NCBI GenBank assembly: GCA_010909165.1
Contig: VJWM01000016.1
Coordinates: 310,001-374,000 of the forward strand
DNA length: 64,000 bases
Direction of reading: 5' to 3'
Source: Anthoceros angustus
Taxonomy: Eukaryota > Plantae > Anthocerotophyta
Part shown: piece after piece, positions 63,141 through 64,000 of the stretch
Position numbering within the stretch: position 1 is the first letter of the stretch
Layout of the letters: every line of letters starts with the position of its first letter
Program-made: the position numbers and the translations under genes
The notes under the pieces: model-generated
What the model was told of the DNA's origin: nothing
The model's input: only the letters and a program-made list of their open reading frames with translations
The model's database searches: none

Positions 63141-64000
63141 CAGTCCTTTTTTTTTTTTTCATCTTTAGTTCACACGTGTCAACTTTCGGGTTTATGTGTT
63201 AATGCTTATAAAGTGTCGAGAAAAAAGATATGTTGATGTTGCATACAATTGTTACTGTCATGAGAACTGAATATATATTCTACTATAAGATATGGTGACT
63301 GACTACTGCATATTGCTTCATACTTGTACAAGCTACGGCCTAACTGCCTTGGATAGTTTAACTTGTGTCCGATGAAGTTTGCTGTGAAAAGTTGCCTTAC
63401 TTACAATTATAAGTCTTCATACCTTGTTGTGAGTCTAACCTAGCTTAGGGCTATACACTATAAGAGTGTGAGTGATAACATATATTGGTATCTTGAGCAT
63501 TTTTCTTGGCCTTGCAAATGAAAGAATTAGAAGAAATGTATTAAATCCTACTTAACACCTCTTTGATGAGATTTACTGTATCATTACTCTTTCACACTTT
63601 ACTATTATGATAAGAAATATGGGGTCTCCACTATTGACCTTAGGGAGGGCAACATAACCTTATACTAAGGCCGCATGAGGGGTTGCCAATTCTTGGAAAT
63701 GGGAACACCTAAGATGTTCCATGCCAATCGTCATGCAAGGAGTGTTTAACTGTAAATTCTATTTACAGTTAAACATGTAAATATAAATATACATTATGAA
63801 TTTATATGAATTAAAATTTAAATAATCACCGTAAAAAATGGCGAACAACACATGGAGGCCAAGGGCCTAGGTAGGGAGAAGCATAAAGAGCTACCTAAGA
63901 TACGGTACTGGGTACTGAAAGAATTATGAGATAAACGCCTCATGCTCAGGGTATATAATCGGACGACTACCTACGTAGGTAGACTCTTTAGAATAGACTC

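Overview
Eukaryotic nuclear DNA from a non-seed land plant. A hornwort (Anthoceros-like) is my best inference, based on short GT-AG introns, compact genes and a PLS-PPR gene with a truncated 'WW-type' DYW domain. About 1-37.5 kb is a nest of transposon relics: several rearranged copies of a DDD/E transposase (Sola/DUF7869-like motifs), tandemly duplicated LTR-like DNA, GC-rich retroelement accessory ORFs, a MULE transposase relic, a long GAG tract, a 1.75-kb non-coding element with subterminal inverted repeats, and a frameshifted Athila-like Ty3/gypsy element. About 37.6-64 kb is gene-rich with interspersed repeats. It holds a CASP-like gene (-), a PLS-PPR editing factor (+), an orphan 113-aa ORF (+), a P-class PPR (-), RRP6L3 (+), CK2-beta (+) and a diverged, apparently truncated VAC14 paralogue (+). 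The most interesting signals are: (i) a bacterial-type amino-(N4/N6) DNA methyltransferase SAM-binding fragment cut by a CACTA end (46.2-46.4 kb); (ii) two inverted copies of a Helentron/HINE-like element (24.2-25.9 and 55.7-57.3 kb); (iii) a DYW domain lacking its catalytic Glu; (iv) two perfect 34-40 bp palindromes both centred on AGCT. Repeat copies differ mostly by short deletions, which suggests long-read consensus errors, so many frameshifts may not be real. No rRNA, tRNA or CRISPR array was recognised. All family assignments come from motif recognition by eye; no database searches were run.
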